Assembly: GCA_965637545.1 (NCBI GenBank)
Contig: OZ281494.1
Location: 31,558,001 to 31,622,000 of the forward strand
Source: Phallusia mammillata
Lineage: Eukaryota
Direction: 5' to 3'
DNA: 64,000 bases
Shown: piece by piece, positions 13,201-24,884 of the stretch
How the letters are laid out: the number at the start of each line of letters is the position of its first letter
Position numbering within the stretch: the stretch's first letter is position 1
Position numbers and translations under genes: made by a program
The notes under the pieces: model-generated
The model's input: the letters and a program-made list of their open reading frames with translations, nothing else
What the model was told of the DNA's origin: nothing
Database searches by the model: none

Positions 13201-16200
13201 AAGAAAGTGAAAGTAAACACACATGCTTAACCACATGTAAAGTGTGGCAATTACCAAGTACACAGCACATGTTTTAGCCAACAGACGCATCCAAGCTTGT
13301 ACAATACACAACAACATATATATTTCCACTAAAAAAACGCTGAGTTTGTAGATGGCCAGAAAAGTCGTTCTAAACTGTATGGGAAGTAAGTATATTTTGG
13401 TAGCACACATGACGCTTAAGGTCATTTTCAACAAAAGGATTAAACCCACCGTTATTGCCAAAGCGTACAGAGACGCCCTACCCATTGTAAACTGAAACCA
13501 ACAAACAACTGTTGTAAACCGGCTACCACACATTCACAAAAAGATAATTACGCTTTCGAGAGCTTGGCTTACTCTAAAACAAAGGTTGGTTAGCTGAAAT
13601 ATCCGGCTAGTAGTAGTATCCCCTTTGTAAGTTACCTACTAGTGAGAAAGTTTTGTGTCACAATTTTCGTTGGGTTTTCACCTGTTAAAATTACCCTAAA
13701 TTTCCTGCTTGGACAACATCAAAAATTCAGACAAAGCAATAATAAAATTGTGATTTAAAAAATAGTACGACCCGTTTAAACCTTGGAGATCTCGGCTTTG
13801 GTCTGCGGTTTGGCAAAGGTTACTGGCCCTTGCTGGGAAAGCAAATACTTTTACAGACTACTACCTGTTGGGGGTCAAGTTCACGGCAATTTGCGTTGGA
13901 GTTCGCTGGGTGCGTGAGGTCAGACGACGGAGGGTCTGGACACACAATAGAAAGTCTGTCAAGTTCTGGAAGTTGGTCCAACGCACAATGGCTCATGCAG
14001 AACAAACGGCGGTCAAGTTGAAACTGAAGATCACACTCGATAAGCAGACCAGATCGAAGCTTCCAGTCTTCCACACATCTATGTTGAGTTCAAATAGGTT
14101 TATGTTCTTGCTTGAGTTGAGTTTATTTGGCTTGGTAAAAGAAAACGAAGCGACACTATCGAACTAAAATGATCACCAAGCCGGGAATGGCTGCGCAACG
14201 TTAAGACTTGGAGCGCAAAACAATGAAATGGAGCGCAAAACAATGAAAAGCACAATTGGCGGATAATGGCTGAACGCGCTGCAGCTATAGTGTATTATAA
14301 AGCGTAATATGAATGGACAAGAAAGTGAGGTTGGTGCAGTGGCGGTAAACACGACTACTGGCGTTGTTGGAACAAGTAGAGGGGGTCCTAAAACTAACCA
14401 CCCGTGTTAGGGAAAGAGGGTAAGGTTCGATAGCAAAGCCGTGAAGTAAAAGCGCTGCAGCTACAAAACGATGTTTCTCGGCATACAAAAGACTATGGTA
14501 CATACATTTGGGTAAACTGTTGAAAACTACATGCACAACACAGCTGTCAGAACATTTTCGTTTAGCGCTGTATAATACATTTGTGTGTTACTTATACCTT
14601 TTGGAAATTGAAAGCACTGCATGATCAGCTGCTTTGCTCTCCAATCTTGCTTCGTAAACTGTAGAACTCTGGTCACTGTTCTTTCTTGAAAGAAGCACCT
14701 AAAATTACAAAACAAATATTTCCAAAAAACTTGTATATTTAGAGGCATAAACAGGTTTTCTAGATCAGTGATTCTCAACTCGTTTTGGGCCATGGACCAC
14801 TGGTCCAGTAAAAATAATATCATGGACCATTTCATTTTGGAGCAAGATTGAGGTACGCATAAGAAACAACCATTTGGGCTCGAAACAAAGTTCTTTAAAA
14901 CCGATTTTCAAGACGTGACATACAATTATTAACAGGCAACGTTTTGATACTCTTTCAATATATAATATGCATCATCTCTAGTTTATCACCAAATTTAGTG
15001 GACGTCCTGTGGACCACTCAAAAAGTCATCATGGACCACCAATTGAGAACCACTGTTCTAGACCAATAATTTTCAGTATAGTGCTAATAATATTGAAAAG
15101 TAATGTACTATGCTTTACCCTTACCATTTGGCAGTTTTCTAACACCAGTAATCCCTCATCAGTGTCTCGATTAAGGTAACCAGGTAGTTGGAAGATTCCA
15201 AACAATCCACCTTTACCATCAACAAAACATAAGCCTCCAGACGTTGAGAAGTAATTGTCTGACAATCCTATCTTGCAGGAGCAATACACTCTGTAGTAAA
15301 AAAGTTATTATTTTGACACTAAAACCTAACAAAATTTTCAGTTAGAACAGAAAAGGATAACACATTTGCAAACATATGTTATTTTTTCTACAAGTGAATA
15401 TTTTTTTTTCATGTAAACTTTCACAAAAAGTTTTTATGAGGAGATTTATTTCATTTTTAAGGCAACATTTCCAAGCCTTTCCGATGTGTAATTCTATGAA
15501 ATATGAATTCAAAATCTACTTTCTCTTAAATCTACTTTCTCTAAAAATAAATAATAAAAAGTTTATTTGCAAAAACCTTAAAATTTTATAACAGCAGCAT
15601 TACTTTGAAATTGCTTGTTTTCTAGCTGCTTCCTCTCTGTACAGAAATCTGTGCATTTCTGACACATAGTTTTCCTTGGTAAGACTTTTTGAGTCCAAAT
15701 CTGCATCAGAGTCATCACTCACATATTCAAGTGCCACCTCACGAGGCTTGTACTTGTTGATCAACTGTTGCATAGTTTTCTCAAACTCATTGTGAATCTC
15801 AACGGCAAAAGGCACTATTTGTCTATTGTAGAAACAAACATATAAGTTCACAAGTATGATTTTGCCATTTCACTACAATTTAAAAGTTTCTTCTGCTTGA
15901 AAAGATATGTCTGTTGTAGAAACGATTTTTATAAAATGTACGTACATCATTACAAATACATTTGAACCATTTTTTAAAATCCTAGATATTATACCTTTTT
16001 TCCCAGCTATTCGAGTCAGGCATTTTCGGCCGTTCTTGGGAAATACTGATTTTGTCCCCAACAGAAACATGAAACTTCACCATCAAAGCAGGCCTTGGGT
16101 TTTTCAAAAACTCAAAGACCAATACTTCTGCAAATTTTCCTGGTTTTGGACTTTGAAACTTCACCTAAAAACAGTCAAAGACACCAATCAAAAGGTTGAA

Positions 16201-19200
16201 AACAAAAAAAATGAAATCAATGTAAGTAATGTACTTGAACAGTGAACACATAGAAGATTTAAGCAAGGAATGATAAAAATGAATGGACAAACAGGATATT
16301 AAAATTTATCAATAAGTGGTACTAATGACAGTGAAAAATGTTGTGTGTGAAGAAAAAAAAAATTTTTTTGGTTTAAAATAGAAAGCGATTATTTAACAGG
16401 TCTATTAATGTTAGAAACCTAAAAAATCCCATTTACTTTGAATTTCGCAATGCCGTGCATCATGCTGTTCACATCATCAGCCGATGCAGTGTAGTTGATG
16501 TGAGAAGTGAATTGTCCTTGTCTCTTTCCACGAACTTTGCATACTTTGAAGTAATCATTTCCATCTCTTTGTAGCAGAGCCACATGACTCAGTTTTTGCT
16601 GCATAAAAGTGAAAACAAGTGCATGTTTACTGCTTATCTGTCTGTTTGTTTCTTGAAGTTTTTGAAAACAACATGTGCTTTGAGGAAAATAGGTTTCCAG
16701 AGTGCAACAATTTAAAAAAAAAACTGTTATTGCAACAACACAAAAAGTGCTTTTATTGTAATACATAACACATATTCATGTAAAACACAATCCCAAATCA
16801 CAAAACACTCATGTTAAATGCGTCGACAACTAACTGCACATACATGTGTATCCTGGCAGTTAAGCCTGACCATCCATTCAACTGATTGGTCTGTTGGACA
16901 TCGCCGAAAGAAACAAGGACGAACTTTACATGACACTTCTTCTATACTCTCTGTTAACTGTCAAATACAAGTTTAACTCAATTATCTATTGTACATGAAA
17001 ACCCTAAACAATGAATGTAAACCTACCACAGATGCACTGTTCCTGTTTTCTTCAAATTCTTGAGAAATCTGTTCAGCAAATGACAGCAGTTGATTTTCTT
17101 TAGCAAAGCTGAAAAACAAAATGTCAGATTTGACCCTGCTGAATTGAGTCACATGTATTTTGGTTGGTAAAGGACACAATAGCACTAAACAATCACGAAG
17201 CCGAAAATAGCTGGGCAACTTTGAAACATTATTAAATGCAAAACAGTCAATGGCAGAATTGGTTGATCTTGGCTGAATGCACTGCAACTATACCATGGTA
17301 CAGGAGTCAGCAACCTTTTTTGCACTACGGACTGTTTTTGAAAGTAAAATTTTATCGCGGACTGTTCTTTAAAAAACTACAAATATTTAGCAATAAAAAC
17401 GCTTAAATTAGTTTATCATCCACTGGGTACATGGGCCAAAATGTTTTAAAGCATGTAACCTAAAAATATATACGGCCCTGTAACGAACTCCGGCGGTTGC
17501 CGACCACTGCCATAGTAAAAAGCTTAGATTACAAGCTGGTGTATCAACATTTTATGCAAAACATGTTCACTGACTGTAAAAACACAAGTAACCTACTTGA
17601 GTTTCTCCTTAATGACCGAGAAGCGTTTGTTCCATTCACTAAGTTCCTCTGCAGAATGGGCATTGTCACAAGCATCACCATGGTTACATTCTCTCCCTTT
17701 CTCAATGCTGAAGTACAAACAATTGATCTATTTTAAAAAAAAACTTACCATGGATATAAGCAAAGAGTATTTTTTCAATAGTCTATGGCAGTAGTTGTTA
17801 ACACTTTTTGAGTAACCGTGGTCTACAAAATAAATTTATAAAAGTTAAAACTTTTAAAAAATGGGTTCTATTCAGAAATAAAGGCATTCAGGAAACGTTT
17901 CTTTGTACCAACAGCTAAAACAATACTTCCGAAATAAGCAACAAAGTTCTTGTACATTTATAAAAAAGGATGATTCAATAAAAACTTAAAGAATTTAAGA
18001 ACAAACAAAATGCTATGGTATAGTAGAAAACAAAATAATAGGTTAAGTCTACTAAATATGTGTAAAATGTTTTTTTGCAACAATACAGTATCCACACAAA
18101 TTCAGCTGACTCTTACTGGACACAGATACGAAAATTTCCTTTCAGGTTTGGTGGTTGTCTGTATTTCCACTTCTGCCGATTAACATCCAGGCAGCGTGAT
18201 AGTTGTCTATGCTGTGGACTGTCACAATGAGCGGAAAATGTGCTTCCAGAGGAAAAGTTCTCACTACAGATTGGACAGTGGAAGCATCCAGCCATAGTAT
18301 CATCTGCAATTTATGCTTTAAAATGTGACGAGTTGGAAACACATGATGCATTTGTTGATAAATATGACCATTAGATATGTAAAATTTATAAATCAAAAAT
18401 GATGGTTGGTGTTAGCTGCAAACAGTAGCTACAATGTCTCATTACAGCAGCTGGTGACAAGACACTGGTCTAGCCACATTACAGCACACCAGTTTGTTGG
18501 GAGTGACTGGCTTAAAAGCTATGTTTAACTAAATTCGTTTTACCCACAACTGAGCATAAACTGTCTACAGTTTACTTACCACAAGTTTACAATTATAGAT
18601 GCTTAAAGTTTTTCACATTTATATGTTTTAAAACTTATTATTAGTACAGACATATTGTGATTTACACTAATACGATTTTGGATTTTTTTTAGTATAAAAG
18701 CACAGATAAAAAATGATATATATGTTAAGTACATGGGTGTAAGTTAAACTTTACATTTAATGCAAAATTTATTACCAAGAAAATAGTAAGAAAACACGGT
18801 CAAAACGCTTGTTACCGGAACCTCAACTATTTCCTGTTGTTACTAAATCATTCTACAGCACTGCACTAAGTTTATGCTGTGAATGTTACAGAGAAGAATT
18901 GATGTTAAAACATTTTGGGTAATTTGTAAATGGAAAATTTATTAACTAATATGGCAACAAAAAAAGCAAAGCTATGTTTTAGTTAGGGACATTTGATGAT
19001 ATTAGGACAATAAAAAAACGTGCTTTTAGGGCAGTTAAGCCTAAGGTGGTTAAGTACTTGTTGAAATTAGGTTATTAAACTGGTAAGCAGACTTGATAAA
19101 CAAATTGTAGGGTGATTCAATGTGACATTACCAAGTCAAGATTTCCTGTTGTGAAGGAATTCTTGCATGATTAATTGTTTTTAAGATGGGTTAAATTGTC

Positions 19201-21972
19201 AACAGGTGATAAATCAACCACATCAGTAATCTTGTTCTACGCCTTACAATTATTTGTTTGTAAAATGCAAATAAGTAGTTGATTAAGGTCTGGTAGTTAT
19301 ATAGGTAGTTATATAATGTATAGGTGTTATATGGGTAGTTATATAGGTGATTTATAGAAATATGGCAAACTATGGGACTCCGATTTATGCGAAAAAATAT
19401 AAAAATGCAAACCTTGTAAAAAGTCTTTTGACAGTTCCACACCAAACTGTTTCCATCCGAAACCATTGTCAGTCATGTACTGCCATAATCTTTTTTCATC
19501 TGGACTGTGAGCATATGTACAATCATTGCCATCAGAACATGTGCCTTGGCCACTCAAGTTGTTTCTACAGATTAAAATAGTCTGGTGTAAGTTAAACAAA
19601 AAGTTTCATCACATCAAAATATCAAGAAACATCATTAAGATTAGGGTTTGTAGCCTTTCACTCCTATGTATATTCTATGAGCAATTTTAGCCCCAATAGG
19701 ACTGATGCAAGTTAACCAATCCTGTCCTACAGACCATTCCTTACTGTGCAAACCCAAGACAATTCTTATGTGAGTTTTATTTTAAGCTGTAGATTTACAT
19801 GTTTCAGTCACCATTTTAGGTTCGTATTGTGTCATATAAACAATCTCTTACACTTCTGGCATATTTATCTTGCAACAATACTATATTTAAGTTATGCTAT
19901 GGTTTGAGCTCCTTTTTAGTTAATGTAAGGAACGAAACCATATTGTTAAGCATGAAGAATACTATTAGTGTTATTACAGAAAAAGCACAGAAGTTGGTGG
20001 AATGCTGCTTTACTATTACAGGCAATATTTTAATTACCAGCCAATTTAAAAAGGGTCCACAATGAACTGCAATGTTTTAGAATTGTTATTTTCTTACTGG
20101 CATATATCAAGGATGCTGTCTTCGCAGAACTTGCGAATTATCGAATATTCAACAAACAAAATATCATCCACCACATTTTTCATCTCATGCAGCAATATAG
20201 TTTCATCTGATTTGCACCAACTACATTCATTACCACCTGTTAAAAAAATTCTGGGTGAAGGGTTTATCAAATGAATCAACAATTTTAGGTAATGATAATC
20301 TGCTTCACAATTGCATGTTGTGTTCAATTCTGGCTGAACCCTATCACAACTTAAACAAAACATTTTAGTTAATCATAAGAAAAGAGTTTAGAAAATTGCA
20401 ATTGCTATGAACCAAATTAAAACTACTTAAAACTATAAAAAGTTTAATACAACTTCTTCACAAGCCTGTTTCCATACACGAACATGTGTATTTCATAAAC
20501 ACAAAACTGTCTTACTTTGTTGGATAATAATTGGTGGTTTAAGATTGTAGCACTTTTTGCATGCCGGAAAAAATCGATTGTTGTCACTTAATTCCAATGT
20601 GACAGCAATTTGAGGCATAGTTTCTATATGTTCAGAAGAAATGCCAGATGAACTTGATAAACCATCTAAAATAAAAAATATATAAAAACTGTCTACCGAA
20701 TTATCAAAACTTCAAAAAGAACATAAAAAACTTAGCCTTTTATTACACAAACCAGTGGTTCTCGAACTTTTTAAGCATGTGGCACAAAGCACTAAAATTT
20801 TCTCATGCGGCACACTTTGCAGGTAAACATAACAAACGTTGTATAAAGAATGATAATTTTCAACTGCATTCTGGTGGGTAAGGATAATTTTCATTGCCAA
20901 TAACAAAAATATGAACTTTGAAACATTGTCATGCACACAAGTCCTAAAATACCAGGGAATGTTTGCACTTTAAAATAAAGAATATTTCGCGACACACTTG
21001 GAAATCTCTCATGGCACACAGTTTGAGAATCACTGACACAAACATTTTAGAAACAGAAAACATGTAAACGCACTAATGTAACTTGATATCACCTTGCATT
21101 TAATAAAACTTAATCTGTCACACTGGGTAAAGTTTTAGTACCTGTATCATCCCCCAATGATGATTCCGCTGTGCACTCTTTGCTATATAAAAAAAATGAA
21201 TAATTGTTTAACCACATTTGTTAGTAAGTGTCTAACGCAAAGTTAGTCCACTTTTTATACATATTTCAGTCACACAAAAATCAACCAAAAAAAATACTTG
21301 CAACTGTGATGTGTTTAAAACTACTAACTAACACACAAACTTAATGCTATTGCACTACAGTATAATCACACAATGTTGGTACACATGCAATATTTGGTCA
21401 ATTATACAAATACAGATAAATCCAGTTAATTGCATAACCAATTTGCCTACTGTTTTATGCAATTAACCAGAAAACCTTTTAAACAGGGATTATTTATTGT
21501 GATAAGATTACCGGGTATATATGCAATTTACAAGATTTTTCTGTTTTTAGTACAGATTTTGTTATCTTGCAAAGACTTACATTTGTATGATTAAATCTTG
21601 CATGAATGCATAATCAAAACCCAGATTTGCGATCAGGTTTTTGATCTCTATTTTAAGTGCATCAGCAGTTCCATTCAAAGCAGTGGGGTGATTGTGGCGA
21701 CAAGTGATAATCGTTTCAAGTGAAATTTCATTGCTTAAAGCTTCCAGTGGATACAACTTCATACGGTACAAGGCATAGCATAATACAATTGCAGGCCGTA
21801 GATGTTTTCGAGAAAACCTTAGTAGGATTGAGGGGTTTGTCCGGGAATTATATGCATCTTGGCAGTCTGTAAAAAACTGGCTATGTTCCTGCACCGATGG
21901 CCACTGGATTGCATTGTTACTGTTTGTGTTGCCAAGTTTCAAAGGTTGAATGAAAATTTTTACTATGGCCAT
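320..21972 (-). CDS. HELZ2: Helicase with zinc finger 2-like protein (ZC3H7-like Zn fingers, SF1/Upf1-like helicase, RNB exoribonuclease); 3' part continues beyond the left edge
   Basis: Phase-consistent GT-AG exons read from the sequence, in transcript order: 21581-21972, 21142-21182, 20516-20665, 20098-~20329, an uncertain small exon ~19650-19745, 19413-19581, 18117-18303, 17597-17707, 17027-17108, 16844-16957, 16437-16598, 15995-16164, 15604-15822, 15125-15290, 14598-14698, 13865-14078, 12839-13002, 11551-11653, 10765-10950, 10288-10383, 10002-10126, 9591-9712, 9273-9415, 8890-8965, 8202-8410, 7540-7749, 7213-7272, 6827-6984, 5913-6150, 5460-5506, 5048-5202, 4598-4793, 4042-4204, 3715-3811, 3205-3351, 2728-2880, 2000-2211, 1227-1430, 830-1044, 320-568. 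Helicase motifs: GPFGTGKT, HTSNSAAD-type THSNSAADLY, FLDEAAQ, VAGDHMQ, NYR, DIQGQE, LNTAITRSK. RNB motifs: FTIDPPGSKDLDDALS, GIHIADV, PMLP, YSWCSSPIRRYTD. The order Zn finger-helicase-RNB is diagnostic of HELZ2. The start ATG at 21972 follows an in-frame stop. Confidence 0.92.
3440..3620 (-). repeat. Copy of the same dispersed repeat
   Basis: attgcgttaaaatattcaccaagctggaaatagctgcgcaacgtt...gcacaattagtggata...gcgttgcagct. Confidence 0.65.
7639..7674 (-). other. PAM2-like poly(A)-binding-protein interaction motif (SKLNPEAQGFVP)
   Basis: Matches the PAM2 pattern LNxxAxxFxP directly after the first helicase domain; G replaces the usual E. Confidence 0.6.
8202..13002 (-). other. First SF1B (Upf1/DNA2-like) helicase domain of the HELZ2-like protein
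   Basis: Walker A GPFGTGKT (exon 12839-13002), Walker B DEAAQ (exon 10765-10950), GDHMQ (10288-10383), motif VI NTAITRS (8202-8410). Confidence 0.9.
11209..11470. mobile_element. tRNA-headed SINE with inverted 5' part (head+body on minus strand, tail on plus strand)
   Basis: Minus 11307-11380 folds as a tRNA-like head: 7/7 acceptor stem GCCTGCG/CGCAGGC, A box TAGCTCAGTTGG, B box GGTTCGAATCC, irregular anticodon arm. Body runs to 11209. The plus-strand tail 11383-11470 matches the tail of copy 29623-29800. Candidate TSD tgaaatgg at 11199-11206 and 11473-11480. Confidence 0.85.
14110..14530 (-). repeat. Dispersed repeat, probably the 3' end of a non-LTR retroelement
   Basis: Core caccaagc.ggaa..gctgcgca...tggataatg...aacgcgctgcagcta is shared with 3440-3620, 31300-31530 and 55350-55500. 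The minus-strand end is aaataaactcaactcaa (AATAAA plus short tandem tail). The LINE assignment is inference. Confidence 0.65.
14766..15055. mobile_element. hAT-superfamily MITE
   Basis: TIR cagtgattctcaa / ttgagaaccactg; 8-bp TSD ttctagat / ttctagac. Confidence 0.8.
17301..17509. mobile_element. hAT-superfamily MITE
   Basis: TIR caggagtcagcaacc / ggttgccgaccactg; TSD ccatggta / ccatagta. Confidence 0.75.
17597..20665 (-). other. ZC3H7-like zinc-finger array (CxxC, C3H1, C2H2/U1-type, C3H1) in the HELZ2-like protein
   Basis: Spliced translation gives FPACKKCY, CRNNLSGQGTCSDGNDCTYAHSPDEKRLWQYM, FHCPICSENFSSGSTFSAHCDSPQH and RICVQHIEKGRECNHGDACDNAHSAEELSEW. Confidence 0.8.
19294..19352. repeat. 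Short degenerate tandem repeat (gtagttatatag-like unit)
   Basis: gtagttatataggtagttatataatgtataggtgttatatgggtagttatataggtg. Confidence 0.6.
20753..21035. mobile_element. hAT-superfamily MITE
   Basis: TIR cagtggttctcgaact / agtttgagaatcactg; perfect TSD acacaaac. A second, truncated copy lies at ~61586-61828. Confidence 0.85.
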
Positions 21973-22011
21973 ATTTTAAACCATTCACTTATCTACCATG
22001 GCCGAAAAACC

Positions 22012-23663
22012 TTTTTTCTATGTTAAAACCACCTTAAAACAACATTTGAATACTACAATTTCACTTTTTTAGTCTATTTGGGCCTATATTTTCCTCATTG
22101 CACTTATGAACAGATCCATGCATAGTGATCCTTAAAACAGTTGTAAAACTGATATTAAGTTCTATTAGCTATGGCTACTGAAGGTGCTGTAACACTTAAA
22201 ACAACTACATATGTATGATAAATTAGTATGTCAACTTATGATAACAAACAGTGTTGCAAATTTCAATACCCACACAATACAATTAAAAGCATTTGGTGAA
22301 ACAGCAGGTATCACACCTACAGCAAAGGCAACTACAATCAACACAATTGTAATCTCTACTTCACCTAAAGAAAACCATTGGTCTGACACTTAAATGTGTT
22401 TACTGGTCCAAACATTTGCAGAAAATGGACAAACGGTTGGGCAAAGCCCCAAGTCTTGAACTTTGTTGTCGTAGACTAAGGAGAAAAGAAACAACAAACA
22501 GGTTAAATTTTATTGACATAATTTATTGCGCAACTAATTACATATGGTAACTACTGATGACAATTTAATTATACCTCTGATGGCTTATAGCTTTTTCTGT
22601 GTAACTATAAAATAAGCCATTGGCTGAGTGCAAACTGCAAATCCAAAATCTTTATGTCTATTTTTTGTGCAACACGCAAAATTTACTTACCTGAAAGTTA
22701 AACAATATGATAAGAAACAGCCAGCTTACACTACAAAATACATTGTGGCATTTAAAGCTTTTAAACATTGCACTTATTTGTTTTGTCTCCTTTAGCCTTC
22801 TGAATCGCCTTTTTCTCAGAGGATTAGCTTTCACAAAAGTTCTGTCTCGGCGCCGAATGCAGAATTTTGATATCTGGAAATCCCCTAGGTAGAAACTTGA
22901 GTTAACCATTGTTTTGTTTGATTTGCTGCTTCATGGCATTCACGTGACATACATCACCGAACCACAAACTACAACACACTGAAAACAACGAATTATAAGA
23001 CAACATAAATAACCGCTATTGTGCCGTTATGTTTTCTCCATTTTCTTGTCCGTTTATGTAAAGAATTTTTTCCTTGTTGGTTTATCAGTTTCTGAAATAA
23101 AATTATTGCCAAATTTGTCTGAATTAAGCAGGCACTATTGGCAAAGAGTTCGTGTTATTTCTGCGCTCTTTTTTTAAATTACTAGTAAAATGCAAGATTG
23201 GACACATGTAGAACTCCATTTAAGTATAATGCCAAGCTGTCGTCACATATTAGGCGTATAGACAAGTGTTTAATGTGATGTCCCAGTCGTTACAAAATCG
23301 GTAGCTCGAATAATTCAATGATGGTTAAATTTTTGACACTGCTTGGCCAAAACCTTTATGTCTACTTATACAAGCTAACATTTTATTCATTTGTCAACAA
23401 AGTTTAATTGCAATTGTTAACCGTGGCATTTGGAGAAGTTTTGTTCCACATTATAGCCCCCGCAAAACCGACCGGCAGCCTTTGTAACAAGTTGGTGTGC
23501 TCTTTGACGTCAGAAGCGTAGGCAGTAGCCCTTTAAACAATTTAACAAGTTTTTCGTATTAACGTCTTTACTATGACGGGTACAAACTTAACAACGGTAG
23601 AACGCACATTAATAGTTTTTCGGGTATTTATTCATCAAAATGAATACTTATCAGATACTTACT
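22012..23663 (-). other. Probable multi-exon 5' leader of the HELZ2-like transcript
   Basis: Minus-strand GTAAGT donors at 23662 and 22690. Acceptors at 22969 (ttgtag), 22476 (ccttag) and ~22013-22018 (aacatag). There is an in-frame stop upstream of ATG 21972. No transcript evidence. Confidence 0.4.
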
Positions 23664-24869
23664 TGTTGCAAACAGTTTAAGCCTAATACAAAAATCCGCT
23701 CATATCAATATCTCGCTAATACGACGTATGTTATGTTAACATAGCAGTTACAAATCATCAACACTCTCAGCATGCGTTAACGAATTGTAATCTAAAACGA
23801 CTGACCTACACACAAACAACAAATTGTGTTTGTGAACGAACCCTTGTATCAAATCAACTTCGTTACGCAGTCTAGTGGATAGGTTGGACATCATGCACCT
23901 GCCACACGCTGTCGCACTTGGGCAGTCGAAATGCTTCCTTACAGGCTAATTTTGAAAGGGTGTGTTTATTTCGCTTGGAACAAGGAGGGTGCCCAAAATC
24001 AATCACCAAGCTTGAAAAATATGTATTATAAAGCGTTGTGTGACTAAGTTGGTGGGACTTTTAGAGATAGCCCTAAAATCGACATCAAACTGAAGCCTAC
24101 GGTTAGCGGTGTTCGACTCAACTGACTGAAAAACATGTTTCGGACCGTCCTAGGTGAAACCCGAAATATCTGGCTGAAACTCAATAAATTGCGTCAAACT
24201 GCAACGTGGTTTAACTTTCCTTTATCTTTTGCGTTGCTAGGCTATTCACCCAACACCTTGCAAACTCGAATTCTCGACTTCCCTGAGGTCATTAGGTCGA
24301 TGTAAATGGCTTTAAAATTCGTGGCAAAACGTTCAATTTTTAGATTTATAATGTAGATGTGAAGTAAATTAGTTTAAGTGAATAATTTGTAAGAAGTTGT
24401 CAGATGGTGCAGTTAAATGTATATTATATCATGTGGCGTGTATAGCTTGTATTACTTTTGGGTGGTCTGTCAAAAAAGTGAAAAAAATCAAATAGTTTTT
24501 TTGTACATTGAAGTCATTTGGATGCATATAAAAATGCTCTAGAAATGTTTTAGATGAAAACACAAGACAAAACTTACGACAATAATATTTTCGACGTTTT
24601 AACAGTAAATATCCACAAAAGCAGTTGTTAAAAAATATAAAGTGTTGATGTTTAAGTATGACAACATTCTAATACCCATCCTGTACTTATGCACAGGTTT
24701 TTTTAAGGTTTGGTTTGGGTGACCGCTAAGTAGTTTTAAGAGACCGCAAGTGTTTCATCTAAATACCAAAAACTGTAGTTGTAGTTGCAAGTCCAAATTT
24801 TGGGAAACTGCTGGAGAAATTTGGGGGACCGTTTCGGCTCAACTTAACAGTCCTGTCAACACCTTTACC

Positions 24870-24884
24870 GTTACCCATGGCAAC
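24870..24884. promoter_or_regulatory. RFX X-box-like site in the divergent intergenic region
   Basis: GTTACCCATGGCAAC, with a CRE palindrome TGACGTCA at 25052-25059 and a plus-strand GTGAGT donor near 25135 suggesting a first exon. Confidence 0.5.

Noticed and set aside
13141-13533. 130-aa hydrophobic ORF on the minus strand, and the similar 32356-32900 region, as a membrane protein or RT remnant
   Set aside because: It lies inside a resolved intron with no flanking splice support. The resemblance to a decayed LINE RT is too faint to claim without a translated search.
19600-20097. Possible in-frame TAA read-through or frameshift in the HELZ2-like zinc-finger region
   Set aside because: A normal exon (acceptor tttgcacag ~19745, donor gtgaaa ~19650) restores phase, and all other exons use the standard code. 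There is no support for recoding or pseudogenisation.
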